A DNA stretch of 64,000 nt from Candidatus Thorarchaeota archaeon (GCA_029855935.1 JAGSHN010000004.1:32001-96000), one strand, 5' to 3'; shown: positions 48,087 through 58,326, counted from the first letter of the stretch. Translations and numbers: made by a program. Notes: a model not told the origin generated them from the sequence alone.

Positions 48087-48378
48087 GTGACGTGATTGTA
48101 TCACGCTCACATCAACATAATCATAATTACCGTATCACAAGACGCCACGGGGTCTCGTGACTCGGAGAAGGAAGAGTCAGCGAGCGACCGCAAGAGATGA
48201 AATGAAACGCTTATGACTCTCATCACATCACAGGATCATCAAGTCACAGTCATTTCGAATCTCTAAGGGAGAGTTCACAGGGGAATAGTCCGGCTGTATA
48301 GAGGAATGAAAGGGGAACACCCTAGAGAAGTGGGGTCGCGGCGATAACTTCTCAGAGTCATTGTAAAGACACGTGGCG
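48087..48378 (+). ncRNA. candidate long structured leader or ncRNA upstream of dnaG
   Basis: TATA-like CAACG-TTCAAATA at 48052-48064; nested helices spanning 48143-48378 (see findings). Confidence 0.5.
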
Positions 48379-48397
48379 GGACACATGGGAGACGTGC

Positions 48398-49699
48398 ATG
48401 GAAATAGGAACCGACTTTGATCAGAGCACTGCCAAATACGTCATCAGAGCCCGAATAGATATTGACGGCGTTGTTGACAAGCCCGATGTCATTGGGGCCA
48501 TCTTCGGACAGACGGAGGGACTCCTCGGCGAGGACCTCGACCTACGCGAGTTACAACGAACTGGTAGAATAGGGAGGATACAGATTGCCATCAGGTCAGA
48601 GGGTGGTACCAGCAAAGGCGAGATTGTGATTCCCGTGTCACTGAACAAGACTGCCACTGCCATTCTTGCAGCCGCTCTCGAAACCGTTGACCGGGTGGGG
48701 CCGTGTACGGCGAAGGTCACTCTCGAGAAGGTTGAGGATATCCGGGGGGCCAAACGTAGGAGGGTCGTCAGTAGAGCGATAAGCATACTAAAGGGCTGGG
48801 AAGAAGATGTGGCTCCGGGGACGGAGGAGATAACCGGTGCCGTTGAGAGAGCCAGCCGAAAGACCATTGTGAAGTTTGGTCCCGAGAAGCTTCCGGCTGG
48901 TCCCGACCTAGAGAGCAGCGATGAGATAATCATTGTCGAGGGGCGGGCCGATGTTATCAATCTACTGAAGAACGGCATAACTAATACGGTGGCTGTTGAG
49001 GGCACTCATATCCCCAAGTCCATCGTGGAACTGACGAAGAAGAAGGGGAAGCGGGTCGTAGCGTTCCTTGACGGTGACAGAGGCGGCGACCTTATTCTTC
49101 GCGAGCTGATGCAGGTGGCCAAGGTTGACTATATAGCGAGAGCGCCGGAAGGGAAGGAAGTCGAGGAGCTGACCAAGAGAGAGATATCAAAGGCGCTCCA
49201 GACAAAGATTCCCGCGGACCAAGCTCTAGCACTCGTGGAGGAGCGCAAGGCACCATCACCACGGAAACGCAAGACGCCAAAGAGATCGACAACAAGGCCG
49301 AAGAGAGAGGAAATTGCCGCTCCCCCCCCGACACCAGCGTTGGAAGCCCCTCATACGTCGCGCAGAATAGGTAGATCCGTTGTCAGGCCGCCCATCGAGC
49401 TTGATGAGGAATATATTGCGAAGGTTGACGAGATAAGGGAGTCGTTCAGAGCAGTGCTGTTCGATGCAGAGAAGAACATCATTGCTGAATGCGGTGTTGC
49501 CGAACTGACGAGGCATCTGGAGGATGTGGAGTCGGTCCACACTATCGTGTTCGATGGAGTTGTCACCCAGAGACTTGTTGACCTAGCCGCAAAGAAGGGG
49601 GCCACACTCATAATTGGGGCTGCAGCTGCGGACATTGAAAACAAACCACCGGGTCTGAGGTATATCACGTTCGAGGACATAGACCGCAGAAGACAGTAG
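48398..49699 (+). CDS. dnaG: archaeal DnaG (TOPRIM; exosome-associated)
   Basis: DVIGAIFGQTEGLLG, LRELQRTGRIGRI, IVEGRADV, FLDGDRGG, FDGVVTQRL. Confidence 0.97.
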   Translation: MEIGTDFDQSTAKYVIRARIDIDGVVDKPDVIGAIFGQTEGLLGEDLDLRELQRTGRIGRIQIAIRSEGGTSKGEIVIPVSLNKTATAILAAALETVDRVGPCTAKVTLEKVEDIRGAKRRRVVSRAISILKGWEEDVAPGTEEITGAVERASRKTIVKFGPEKLPAGPDLESSDEIIIVEGRADVINLLKNGITNTVAVEGTHIPKSIVELTKKKGKRVVAFLDGDRGGDLILRELMQVAKVDYIARAPEGKEVEELTKREISKALQTKIPADQALALVEERKAPSPRKRKTPKRSTTRPKREEIAAPPPTPALEAPHTSRRIGRSVVRPPIELDEEYIAKVDEIRESFRAVLFDAEKNIIAECGVAELTRHLEDVESVHTIVFDGVVTQRLVDLAAKKGATLIIGAAAADIENKPPGLRYITFEDIDRRRQ

Positions 49700-49787
49700 G
49701 GCGCAGGGACGGACGGGTATTACACACAGTTATGATGGCGTGTCTGACAAGTAGCTCCTAGAACCGCTTGCCCAAGGGGCTGACAAG

Positions 49788-51248
49788 GTGCTAGGCCTAT
49801 TGGACAGTATCGAGTCCACAGCCGATATCCCGATACCGGAAGACCCGTTTGAGAGGATAGTAGGACAGGACCGTGCCGTCGCACTTGTGAGAACCGCCGT
49901 CCTGCAGCGGCGCCATGTTCTTCTCTGTGGGGCGCCAGGCGTTGGAAAGTCCATGCTTGCAAAGGCAGCAACAACACTTCTACCTCCACCAAGAGAAGAG
50001 ATTCAGATACACAACAATCCTAGCCAGCCAAACCGGCCGACTGTGGTAGTTCGTCACTACGATGAGAGAACAGAGAACTCCCGGTCACACCAGACCGAGA
50101 GTGAGCTGTGGAGTGGAGCGGAAACCTACTATGTACGCCCCGAGGACCTGCCGTTCGATGTTGCTGTGAAGATGGGGTATAGATGCCCCAACTGTGGGGC
50201 GCTCTCAATCCCCGACCAGGGAGTATGTTTTGACTGTGGAGGGGCAAAGCGCTGCGACTGGAGGGGAACAGATGCGTACATTGGACTGTTCAGAGCACTG
50301 GACGTGATATATGAGAGAGCACTCCCTGAGGTTGTCACCGAGGAGCGGGTGGCAGGTCAACAGAGGACCGTGACCTACCGGAGAGAGGGGTCACTTGACA
50401 CAATCCTTGTCACTGTCACAGAACATCGGCAGGTCGTAGAGAACGACCCCGCACCAGTCCCAGATAGCGTCAATGTGATAGTGCCAATCAACTCGCCTCG
50501 CTTTGTGAGAGTTACAGGTGCCAGTGCTGTAGAGCTCCTTGGGGACATCAGGCACGACCCCTATGGAGGCAACAGTGAGATAGGTACACCGCCATATATG
50601 AGAGTCGTACCGGGAGCAATACACGAGGCGCACGAGGGCATTCTCTACATCGACGAGATTGCCACTCTGGGGCCACTCCAGAAGTACCTGCTCACTGCGA
50701 TGCAGGACAGACAATATCCAATAGCAGGTCACAACCCTCAAAGCTCAGGTGCTGCCGTCAGGGTTGATGGCGTCCCCTGTGACTTCATCCTCTTCGCATC
50801 GACAAACCCTGAAGATCTCCCGGGAATAATTCCACCTCTCAGGTCACGGATAAGGGGCTATGGGTATGAGATCGTCCTCGCATCGTGGATGAAGAGAGAT
50901 GCACAGGCCATAGATGGGCTGGCGCGCTTTGTGGCCCAGACTGTGACGGAGGATGGGAGGATCCCACACTTCACTGTTGATGCCGTGAGAGCTGTCATCG
51001 ATGTGGCGGAGAAGATGGCACTCTCCCTCGATGGGCAGACGGACGCACTCACACTGCGGCTACGGGAACTTGGAGGAATCGTCAGAGTGGCAGGAGATCT
51101 CGCAGTGCGGGACGGGGCAGAACTGGTGGAAAAGCGTCAGGTGAAGGAGGCAGTACGGCTCAGCAACGGAGCAGTGTTGGAGTTGACCCGCGGCGGACGC
51201 GGCTCCGCATCTAAACCATCGAGGGAGTACGGAAGCTATTTCTTCTGA
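49788..51248 (+). CDS. LonB-type AAA+ ATPase without protease domain, with Zn-finger insert
   Basis: GAPGVGKS, LLGDIRHDPYG, PGAIHEAHEGILYIDEI, PLRSRIRGYGYE, LTLRLRELGG; ends about 50 aa later in YGSYFF. Confidence 0.88.
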   Translation: MLGLLDSIESTADIPIPEDPFERIVGQDRAVALVRTAVLQRRHVLLCGAPGVGKSMLAKAATTLLPPPREEIQIHNNPSQPNRPTVVVRHYDERTENSRSHQTESELWSGAETYYVRPEDLPFDVAVKMGYRCPNCGALSIPDQGVCFDCGGAKRCDWRGTDAYIGLFRALDVIYERALPEVVTEERVAGQQRTVTYRREGSLDTILVTVTEHRQVVENDPAPVPDSVNVIVPINSPRFVRVTGASAVELLGDIRHDPYGGNSEIGTPPYMRVVPGAIHEAHEGILYIDEIATLGPLQKYLLTAMQDRQYPIAGHNPQSSGAAVRVDGVPCDFILFASTNPEDLPGIIPPLRSRIRGYGYEIVLASWMKRDAQAIDGLARFVAQTVTEDGRIPHFTVDAVRAVIDVAEKMALSLDGQTDALTLRLRELGGIVRVAGDLAVRDGAELVEKRQVKEAVRLSNGAVLELTRGGRGSASKPSREYGSYFF

Positions 51249-51279
51249 CAGTCCCGCAACAGCAGAGTGGTAGTGACGA

Positions 51280-52368
51280 GTGAAGATCCTCAAGCGCGAC
51301 CTGAGAGAGGGAAAGATCACACTGAAGATTGAAACCCTTGACGACCTCTGGCATCTGTACAATGTGATTCAGGTCGGAGACACTGTAATAGGACGCACAA
51401 CACGACGGGTGCGGATTGGTGACGAGGACTCAAGGAAACAGGAGAGCGTGAGAAAAACTATGACGCTCACGCTCAAGGTTGATGACGTGTCGTTTCACAG
51501 CTTTGCGAACAGGGTCAGAATCAAGGGGAGGATTCTGCAGGGCCCAGCCGACTTAGTCAGCATTGGCTCCTTTCATACTCTCAACATTGAGTTGGGGAAC
51601 ACCATTACGATAATCAAGGAACACTGGCCACAGTACATCCTGAAACGGTTGGAGGAAGCGCAAAGATCGCGGGCCAGCCCAATAGCGCTGATCGTCACAA
51701 TCGAGGATGGAGTTGCAGAGCTCTTCTTGGTGGCCGACTTTGGAATAAGGCAGATGAGCAGGATAAGAACGAGTATCTCGCGGAAACGTGGAGACCAGAA
51801 GGCCTACGATTCGTCGATGAGGGAGTTCTTCCAAGAAGTTGTCACTGCAGTACGTACTGCGCTGGAACAAAATGAGGTCGGCCTGGTCGTTATCTGTGGG
51901 CCGGGGTTTGTCAAAGACCACTTCAGAGAGTTCCTCCTGAGCTCGCAAATCAAGGGCCTACCACCGGTAATCGCAGAGGCGACGAACACCACTGGCCTCC
52001 CCGCTGCCAGGGAGATTCTCTACAGAGGTGTCGTGTCAAAGGTTCTGACTGAACTGAAGATTGAAACCGAAACACGGCTGATGGAAGAACTACTGACACA
52101 TATTGCGAAAGATGACGGCCTGGGCGCATATGGAGATGAGGATGTCGCAAGGGCTGTGCAGTTCGGAGCAGTTGAACATCTTCTCATAACAGACCGCAGA
52201 CTCAGGCAGGTCCCCAACAACGAGAGGAGAGAGATGGACACGCTCATACGCGAAACCGAACGGTCACGAGGGGCAGTTCATATCGTATCGACAGAACATC
52301 CTGCGGGTGATCAGCTCGATAGCCTCGGGGGAATTGCCGCCATCCTGAGATTCAGAATAGAACACTGA
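51280..52368 (+). CDS. pelA: ribosome rescue / mRNA surveillance protein pelota (Dom34)
   Basis: ETLDDLWHLYN, GSFHTL, GPGFVK, AYG, LGGIAAILRF. Confidence 0.96.
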   Translation: MKILKRDLREGKITLKIETLDDLWHLYNVIQVGDTVIGRTTRRVRIGDEDSRKQESVRKTMTLTLKVDDVSFHSFANRVRIKGRILQGPADLVSIGSFHTLNIELGNTITIIKEHWPQYILKRLEEAQRSRASPIALIVTIEDGVAELFLVADFGIRQMSRIRTSISRKRGDQKAYDSSMREFFQEVVTAVRTALEQNEVGLVVICGPGFVKDHFREFLLSSQIKGLPPVIAEATNTTGLPAAREILYRGVVSKVLTELKIETETRLMEELLTHIAKDDGLGAYGDEDVARAVQFGAVEHLLITDRRLRQVPNNERREMDTLIRETERSRGAVHIVSTEHPAGDQLDSLGGIAAILRFRIEH

Positions 52369-52384
52369 GGAGACCTCCGCTCTC

Positions 52385-53500
52385 TCATACTGGCTCGAAC
52401 AGCGTCTGCAGTCGGTCCCAAGTCGGGTATTCATAGGCGATGCCAATCTCCAATGCACCCCCGTAGCTGAACTCCTTCCGAATGTCGTCGACTATGTCTA
52501 GCAATACCCATGGTGCAATCTCGATTCGGGACAGGCGCCTATCAATATTGACCAGATGATGTGGGACATCAAACTTGTCCGTCAGAAGTGTCAGCAGGCG
52601 CTCCATTGTCTTGTTGGAGAGTGTGCTCCCGTGCGGCGCCCGTATGACGCCCACAATCAGTAGCGGATCCTCATCGTCGAGCTCTTCAAAGGGCCGCTTT
52701 ATTCTCTCACGTCGTCGAAGGAGACGATTTCGCATCTGGACTGAGTCTTTAAACCTTGATGAACAGAAGTGCACAGTCAGAGTTTTGAGAGTGACAGATG
52801 CCCACTCAAGGATACGTTCTGCCGTTTCCAGGCTGCCAAGAATGCTGGCACCAGAGAGATCACGGAGCCTGTATCCCCGGGAGAGCAGCGCAGAGAAGTT
52901 GGTCTCACTCGCCTCGAGCTCGTTAAGATTCACGAATGAAACGCCCATCTCTTCGGCCCTCAGGAGGATATCACAGACGGCCTCGTCACTGTCAGGTAGT
53001 ACTGGAATCTCGATTCCAACATCCAGACCGATGTCCAGCGCCCTGCTCACACCAGTCCAATCGTCGTCTTGGGGATGGAATCGTATCTCATCAAGGCCTG
53101 CATCATAGAGGGGCCGAATCACGCTGCTCTCAGCATCGGCACGAGCGGTATAGAGGTGGATGTGAAACGCAGGGCCAAACTCGCGCTTGAGAAGACGAAT
53201 ATAGCGGATTGTCCTGTCAAGCTGGCACAAGGGATCGCCACCACTGATTCCTGCCCCCTCGGCACCTATCGACTCGGCCTCATAGACTACGTCGGCATCC
53301 GACGAAACAGGCGTCTCGTCCGCGAATACTACGTCTCTGTTCGCCTTATCGGCGGAGAGAGGACAATAGAAACACGCAGCATCACATAGACCGGTGGCAA
53401 ACAAGACCATCTTCGAGCCACGAGCGCACAGCTTACAGCCTTGTGGGAGTTCTCCCACGTAGAGTGAGCCACCATCACGAAACTTTACCTGACGACTCAT
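52385..53500 (-). CDS. radical SAM protein (COG2108-like)
   Basis: GCKLC..GSKMVLFATGLCDAACFYCPLS, GLDEIRFHP, NLNELE, HFCSS.FKD. Confidence 0.9.
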   Translation of the reverse strand: MSRQVKFRDGGSLYVGELPQGCKLCARGSKMVLFATGLCDAACFYCPLSADKANRDVVFADETPVSSDADVVYEAESIGAEGAGISGGDPLCQLDRTIRYIRLLKREFGPAFHIHLYTARADAESSVIRPLYDAGLDEIRFHPQDDDWTGVSRALDIGLDVGIEIPVLPDSDEAVCDILLRAEEMGVSFVNLNELEASETNFSALLSRGYRLRDLSGASILGSLETAERILEWASVTLKTLTVHFCSSRFKDSVQMRNRLLRRRERIKRPFEELDDEDPLLIVGVIRAPHGSTLSNKTMERLLTLLTDKFDVPHHLVNIDRRLSRIEIAPWVLLDIVDDIRKEFSYGGALEIGIAYEYPTWDRLQTLFEPV

Positions 53501-54216
53501 AATCTAGTGCTTCCTCCTCTCCTGCGTATGGTGCGTCGTAGTGCGGGGTCGCTGTCGCACAGTATCTTTGCCATCTCCTCAAACGTTGTACCATCGGGGA
53601 CATGACGGACTATGTAGACTCCTGTCCGTCCAACCCTGCTGCGACGCAAAAGGACTCGCACGCGCTCCTTGGCAATGTCTATGCTGACACCCAGACGTTT
53701 GGCGACCTCACGCTCACGCCCAATCACCCCGGACTCGATGTGCCCCTCAGGTATGGGCTCGATGAGTAAGAGACGCTTGTTCACACCAAGGACTCGCTGG
53801 TCACCCTTGAGCTGGTCGGAGTCAACAACACCACCCCAGCGATAGAACTCCTCCTCACGCGGCATCATCTTGAGAAGAGGGAACGTCACCACTATGTTGT
53901 CCTTAACATGAATATGTGCCTTCAACACAGAGGAGGGAGTCGCCTGCACAATCTCCCGGCGTATCCACCTACCCAGAGCTAGTTCTACGCGAAAACTCGG
54001 AACGGAATACGGAACGACTATGTCAATATCGGACCTCGGTCTGACATCCCCACGGGCCACTGAACCATGCACCAGTGGCCTAAGCGACTCATGCTCCAGC
54101 CGAGTCATCACCTCAAGAGCCTGTTGTCGCAGACGCCTCAGATGTGCCCAACGTTCTGTGGTATAGGTGATCCGACGGGGCTCGTGAAGAATCTCAGGTT
54201 GACGGGACACTATCAC
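53497..54216 (-). CDS. Pol-beta-family nucleotidyltransferase (COG2413-like)
   Basis: HGSVARGDV...SDIDI, IVQATP, GVNKRL, ERVRVL.RR...GRTG. Confidence 0.88.
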   Translation of the reverse strand: MIVSRQPEILHEPRRITYTTERWAHLRRLRQQALEVMTRLEHESLRPLVHGSVARGDVRPRSDIDIVVPYSVPSFRVELALGRWIRREIVQATPSSVLKAHIHVKDNIVVTFPLLKMMPREEEFYRWGGVVDSDQLKGDQRVLGVNKRLLLIEPIPEGHIESGVIGREREVAKRLGVSIDIAKERVRVLLRRSRVGRTGVYIVRHVPDGTTFEEMAKILCDSDPALRRTIRRRGGSTRL

Positions 54217-55160
54217 TCACCATTGCGGTTGGCATCAATCTCCTCCAGAATCAGACAGGTCTTGCAGACGCGTCCGGTGGTGGGCGCACCACATCTCTCA
54301 CACGAGGTCGCTCGAGTCGTGTCGCTCAGAGTGCTCTCCAGCGCGGACGCCACTGTTTCACCAGACCGGAGTATTGCTAGCATCGTCCCAGGACGCTTGT
54401 GCTCCATCTGGCTTACGAAAGCACGGATATCGTTTCGCAGGGCCTCTCCAGCATAGGGGCATGGAACATCATGATAAGGTAGCTCTGCAAAATGGGCATA
54501 CGCGACTACGTCGCGTTCTGATAGCTCGATTATGGGCTTTACACGAGGGACAAACCCAGGGACCGCGTATTCCCTCAGTCTGTTCGTACGGGCAATACGT
54601 CTGACATCGCCCCGGAGAATGTTCATGATTATGGTCTGGGCCTCATCATCAAGGTTATGGCCCGTTGCTATCACGTCCGCACCCAACTCCCGAGCAGCAT
54701 CATTCAACGCCCTGCGACGCAGAACTCCGCAGTAGGAACAGGCCCCGACGGTCCTGTCCGCGCGACGACGTACTATCGAGTCCAGAGAACTACCGAACAG
54801 TTTCTCAAAGCTCCATACGTGCAACTCAAGATCAAGAGAATGCGCCAACTCCTGCGCGCACTTGAGAGCCTGATCTCGATAGCCACGAATTCCCTCATCA
54901 ATCGTGATTGGGAGTAATTCAGACTGGGGATACTTGGCCTCAATCTCTGTGAGAATGTGCAGCAGAACTGCACTGTCCTTGCCGCCAGAGATTGCGACCG
55001 CAATTCGGTCCGTTTCTCGTAGCATCTTGTACTTGTTTATCGAGCGCTGTACTCGCTGGACGGTCGTAGACAACAGACACCTAGCGCATAGGGCCTCGGA
55101 TGTGTGTCGTCTGAGATAGACTGGAGGGGCAGTTCCACATCTTGTACAGTTTGTCGCCAT
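54213..55160 (-). CDS. ncsA: tRNA 2-thiolation protein NcsA/Ctu1/TtuA (TIGR00269)
   Basis: SGGKDS PP-loop, DEGI.GYR, CSYCGVLRR, TGHNLDD, flanking Zn fingers. Confidence 0.92.
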   Translation of the reverse strand: MATNCTRCGTAPPVYLRRHTSEALCARCLLSTTVQRVQRSINKYKMLRETDRIAVAISGGKDSAVLLHILTEIEAKYPQSELLPITIDEGIRGYRDQALKCAQELAHSLDLELHVWSFEKLFGSSLDSIVRRRADRTVGACSYCGVLRRRALNDAARELGADVIATGHNLDDEAQTIIMNILRGDVRRIARTNRLREYAVPGFVPRVKPIIELSERDVVAYAHFAELPYHDVPCPYAGEALRNDIRAFVSQMEHKRPGTMLAILRSGETVASALESTLSDTTRATSCERCGAPTTGRVCKTCLILEEIDANRNGE

Positions 55161-55215
55161 GTTTGCTCATCCGGCTCTGTTTCCGTACTCGGTTGATTAC
55201 AGTTCACGGCACGTT

Positions 55216-56388
55216 TCAAAATAGCCCTTTGCCAAGTGCCAGACTCAGCCCGATGTTCAGAAGAACAATCATCAGAGAGAGTATCCTGAGGGGGTACATT
55301 ATCGCCTTGATCTTCCGTTCATCACGAATGATGAGGCTCAGGCCGTTTGACAATAGTTTGTCACCATCCAGTAGTGGAATGGGCAGGAGGTTGAATAGCG
55401 CGACGGAGAATAGAATGACAAAAGACCATGTCAGAGTCTGCTGGATATGGAAGGCATACATAGGTCCGCCGGGAATCCACTCCCAGCCTGGTCGTGGCTG
55501 CCAGTAGTCTGCACCATAGATGCCGATATAACCTCTACTCGCATTCAACTCGTGCGGAGCGAGAGTTATTGTGATATTGCCCCGATTGAGGGTGACGATT
55601 GTCAGCTGGCTTCCTGCAGGGGCATTGACCATGAAATGTGATACATCGTTCCAGTTGCGAATGGCTGTGTCATTGAGGCCCACAATCACATCACCGACCT
55701 GCAGAGCACTGGCAGCAGGGCTACCGGGAACGACATCATAGATGTACGCTCCACTCGGAGGATAAAAGGCGACAGACATGATGGCTCCAAAGTTCGATAT
55801 CAAGAGCAGCACAACAAAGGCCGAGATTATGTTGGCGTAGGATCCTGCGGCAAGAAGACGCATTCTCGCCTTGGGAGATGCCTTCTTCTCAAAGACCTCC
55901 TCGTCAGGCTCGACAAAACCGCCGAAGAGAAGCAGGAAGAAGAGCAGTCCCGAACTCTTGATGGGGATATCGTCTCGGGCGGAGGCAAGACCGTGTGCGA
56001 ATTCGTGTGTGAGCAGGGTGATCGCAAGGGCGATGGTGAGATAGATGAGAGGAATGCCTGTGACTGTGACCCCAGGAACTATGGGCACAACGCCCCCGGC
56101 AGAGGCGGGCACAACAAAGAACTTGATGAGATTGTCGAGAAGCATCCAGAACCCGAATACCATACCGCCAAATGCCACAATGATACCGACATTGAAGAAC
56201 ACACGAGGAATCCGTCTTCCAGTGCGCGTTAGAAAGTCATTGAGCCGCTGAGTCTTGAGAATAATCAGGAGTGGTGTTGATGCCTCAATGCCTCGTGCAC
56301 TCAGGTTCTCTGGACCTATGGCCTTTGCAACGAGGTAGATAACGAGGTAGAGCAGCGCCAGTGTTGCGAGGAGCGTCATGGAATCCAT
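55216..56388 (-). CDS. site-2 (M50) membrane metalloprotease with PDZ domain
   Basis: HEFAH, GFVEP, AAGSYAN, NLLPIPLLDG; ATG at 56388. Confidence 0.93.
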   Translation of the reverse strand: MDSMTLLATLALLYLVIYLVAKAIGPENLSARGIEASTPLLIILKTQRLNDFLTRTGRRIPRVFFNVGIIVAFGGMVFGFWMLLDNLIKFFVVPASAGGVVPIVPGVTVTGIPLIYLTIALAITLLTHEFAHGLASARDDIPIKSSGLLFFLLLFGGFVEPDEEVFEKKASPKARMRLLAAGSYANIISAFVVLLLISNFGAIMSVAFYPPSGAYIYDVVPGSPAASALQVGDVIVGLNDTAIRNWNDVSHFMVNAPAGSQLTIVTLNRGNITITLAPHELNASRGYIGIYGADYWQPRPGWEWIPGGPMYAFHIQQTLTWSFVILFSVALFNLLPIPLLDGDKLLSNGLSLIIRDERKIKAIMYPLRILSLMIVLLNIGLSLALGKGLF

Positions 56389-56579
56389 AGCTGTCACAGT
56401 CTTGATGGTGATGCGTTGTTCTGGTCCACGAGCCAAGGTCGTGGATATAATGCTTGCGAACTGGGAGAGAACGGCAGTTTGAAGACGCAGGGACCACAAC
56501 CCTCATAAAGTGAACGCAAATCGCTTGACCGTTGTCCGAAGGGACGTCAGCTCAACGAGTGAAAAGCAGGCGACGGACC

Positions 56580-56963
56580 GTGCCGTTCAAACTAGTGATT
56601 TCAGACCCTGAAACTGGGAGAGCCATTCAGTATGAGTTGGATGAGGCAAAGACCAACGCACTCATAGGGAAGAGGGTCGGTGATGTGATTGAGGGAGATA
56701 TCATCGGGCTGCCCGGGTACAAGCTGAAGATCACGGGCGGAAGTGATTCCTCCGGTTTTCCAATTCGTCCTGACGTTCACGGAAGCGGCAAGAAGAAGAT
56801 ACTCATCCGGGGACCTCCGGGATTCAGACCCAAGCGGAAGGGCATTGCGCGGCGCAAGACCGTACGAGGAAGAGAACTAGGCCCAGACATAGTCCAGGTC
56901 AATATGAGGATAGAGGAGAAGGGCAGCACACCACTCGAGGAATTCATTATGAAGACCGCATAG
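56580..56963 (+). CDS. rps6e: 30S ribosomal protein eS6
   Basis: FKLVISDP, KITGGSD.SGFP, RKTVRG; GTG start at 56580. Confidence 0.97.
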   Translation: MPFKLVISDPETGRAIQYELDEAKTNALIGKRVGDVIEGDIIGLPGYKLKITGGSDSSGFPIRPDVHGSGKKKILIRGPPGFRPKRKGIARRKTVRGRELGPDIVQVNMRIEEKGSTPLEEFIMKTA

Positions 56964-57069
56964 TTCCTTGCGGCCAAGAACCAACGACCGAGGGCGTGCA
57001 AGACCATAGACTTCTTATGTGGACTCGCCGAGCTCCGCATCTGAAGAAGTCCACGGAAGTGAAACGCGG

Positions 57070-58326
57070 GTGAGCGGAAAATACGAAGGACAGTCTGAGG
57101 TGAACATAGGGGCGCTTGGGCACGTCGACCACGGAAAGACCACTCTTGTAGAGTATCTCACTGGAGAGTGGACAGACCGTCACTCCGATGAGATCAGAAG
57201 AGGCATATCGATCAGGCTCGGGTATGCTGCAACGACGATTCTCAAATGTCCGAGATGCCCAGAGCCCCAAGCGTATACGACCTCTCATCTGGCCAAGGAT
57301 GGAAAGTGCCCACACTGCGGCGCCCAGCTGGTGAAGCTAAGAGAAGTGTCCTTCGTAGATAGCCCAGGGCACGAGTCGCTTATGGCCACCTGTCTCAGTG
57401 GCGCCAGCCTAATGGACGGAGCAATCCTAGTGATAGCAGCAAATGAGCCCTGCCCCATGCCCCAGACAGCAGAGCATCTCCACGCACTGGAGATTGTCGG
57501 CGTCACGAACATAATAATCGTACAGAACAAGATTGAGCTGGTCAGCGAGGAAGAGGCGAAGGAACACTACAGGCAAATCAAGGAGTTCATCAAGGGAACG
57601 TCAATCGAGGATGCGCCCATCATTCCGGTTTCTGCAGTGTTCGGCGCAAACATCGACCTATTGATTCAGAAGATAGAGGAAGTGATTCCAACACCGGAAC
57701 GGAATGCCGATGCTCTACCGAAGATGTTTGTGGCCAGGTCGTTCGACATCAATAAACCCGGGACCTTGCCTCAGGATCTGAAGGGCGGAGTGGTAGGCGG
57801 GTCGATAGTTCAGGGCCGCCTCAGGGTTGGTGATGAAATAGAGATTGCACCGGGAATGAAGACAGACAAGGGCTTCAAGTCGATACGGACAAGAATTGTC
57901 AGTCTAGTTTCAGGCAGCGGCAACCACCTTGAGGAGGCCTATCCGGGAGGACTGATAGGGGTCGGCACGACTCTTGATCCCGCAATGACACGTGCGGACC
58001 GTCTTGTGGGCAATGTCGTGGGGAAAGTTGGAAAGATGCCCAAGACCGTGTATAAGCTGACGATAAGACCGCAACTCATGCAACGTGTGGTCGGCATGGA
58101 CTCCGAGCGTGAAGTCGAGAGCCTCAAGCACAATGAGGCGTTGATGCTTGTCGCAGGCACAGCCGCGACCGTGGGCGTCATAACGCGGCTGCACGAGAAC
58201 GAGATTGAAGTGACACTGAAGCGACCAGTCTGTGTCGAGAACGGGCAGAGAGTGGCTCTCGGAAGACGGGTTGACAACAAGTGGCGTCTCATAGGCCACG
58301 CCGTGATAGGAGCGAAGAAGGCGTAG
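57070..58326 (+). CDS. eif2g: translation initiation factor aIF2 gamma
   Basis: [51 protein letters not shown]. Confidence 0.97.
   Translation: MSGKYEGQSEVNIGALGHVDHGKTTLVEYLTGEWTDRHSDEIRRGISIRLGYAATTILKCPRCPEPQAYTTSHLAKDGKCPHCGAQLVKLREVSFVDSPGHESLMATCLSGASLMDGAILVIAANEPCPMPQTAEHLHALEIVGVTNIIIVQNKIELVSEEEAKEHYRQIKEFIKGTSIEDAPIIPVSAVFGANIDLLIQKIEEVIPTPERNADALPKMFVARSFDINKPGTLPQDLKGGVVGGSIVQGRLRVGDEIEIAPGMKTDKGFKSIRTRIVSLVSGSGNHLEEAYPGGLIGVGTTLDPAMTRADRLVGNVVGKVGKMPKTVYKLTIRPQLMQRVVGMDSEREVESLKHNEALMLVAGTAATVGVITRLHENEIEVTLKRPVCVENGQRVALGRRVDNKWRLIGHAVIGAKKA

Noticed and set aside
47650-48397. SRP RNA as the identity of the structured intergenic elements
   Set aside because: No helix-8 CAGG...GGAA...AGCA signature and no 5' Alu domain on either strand
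49788-51248. Truncated lon pseudogene
   Set aside because: ATPase motifs are intact, there is no frameshifted protease remnant before pelota, and the insert is an ordered Zn finger
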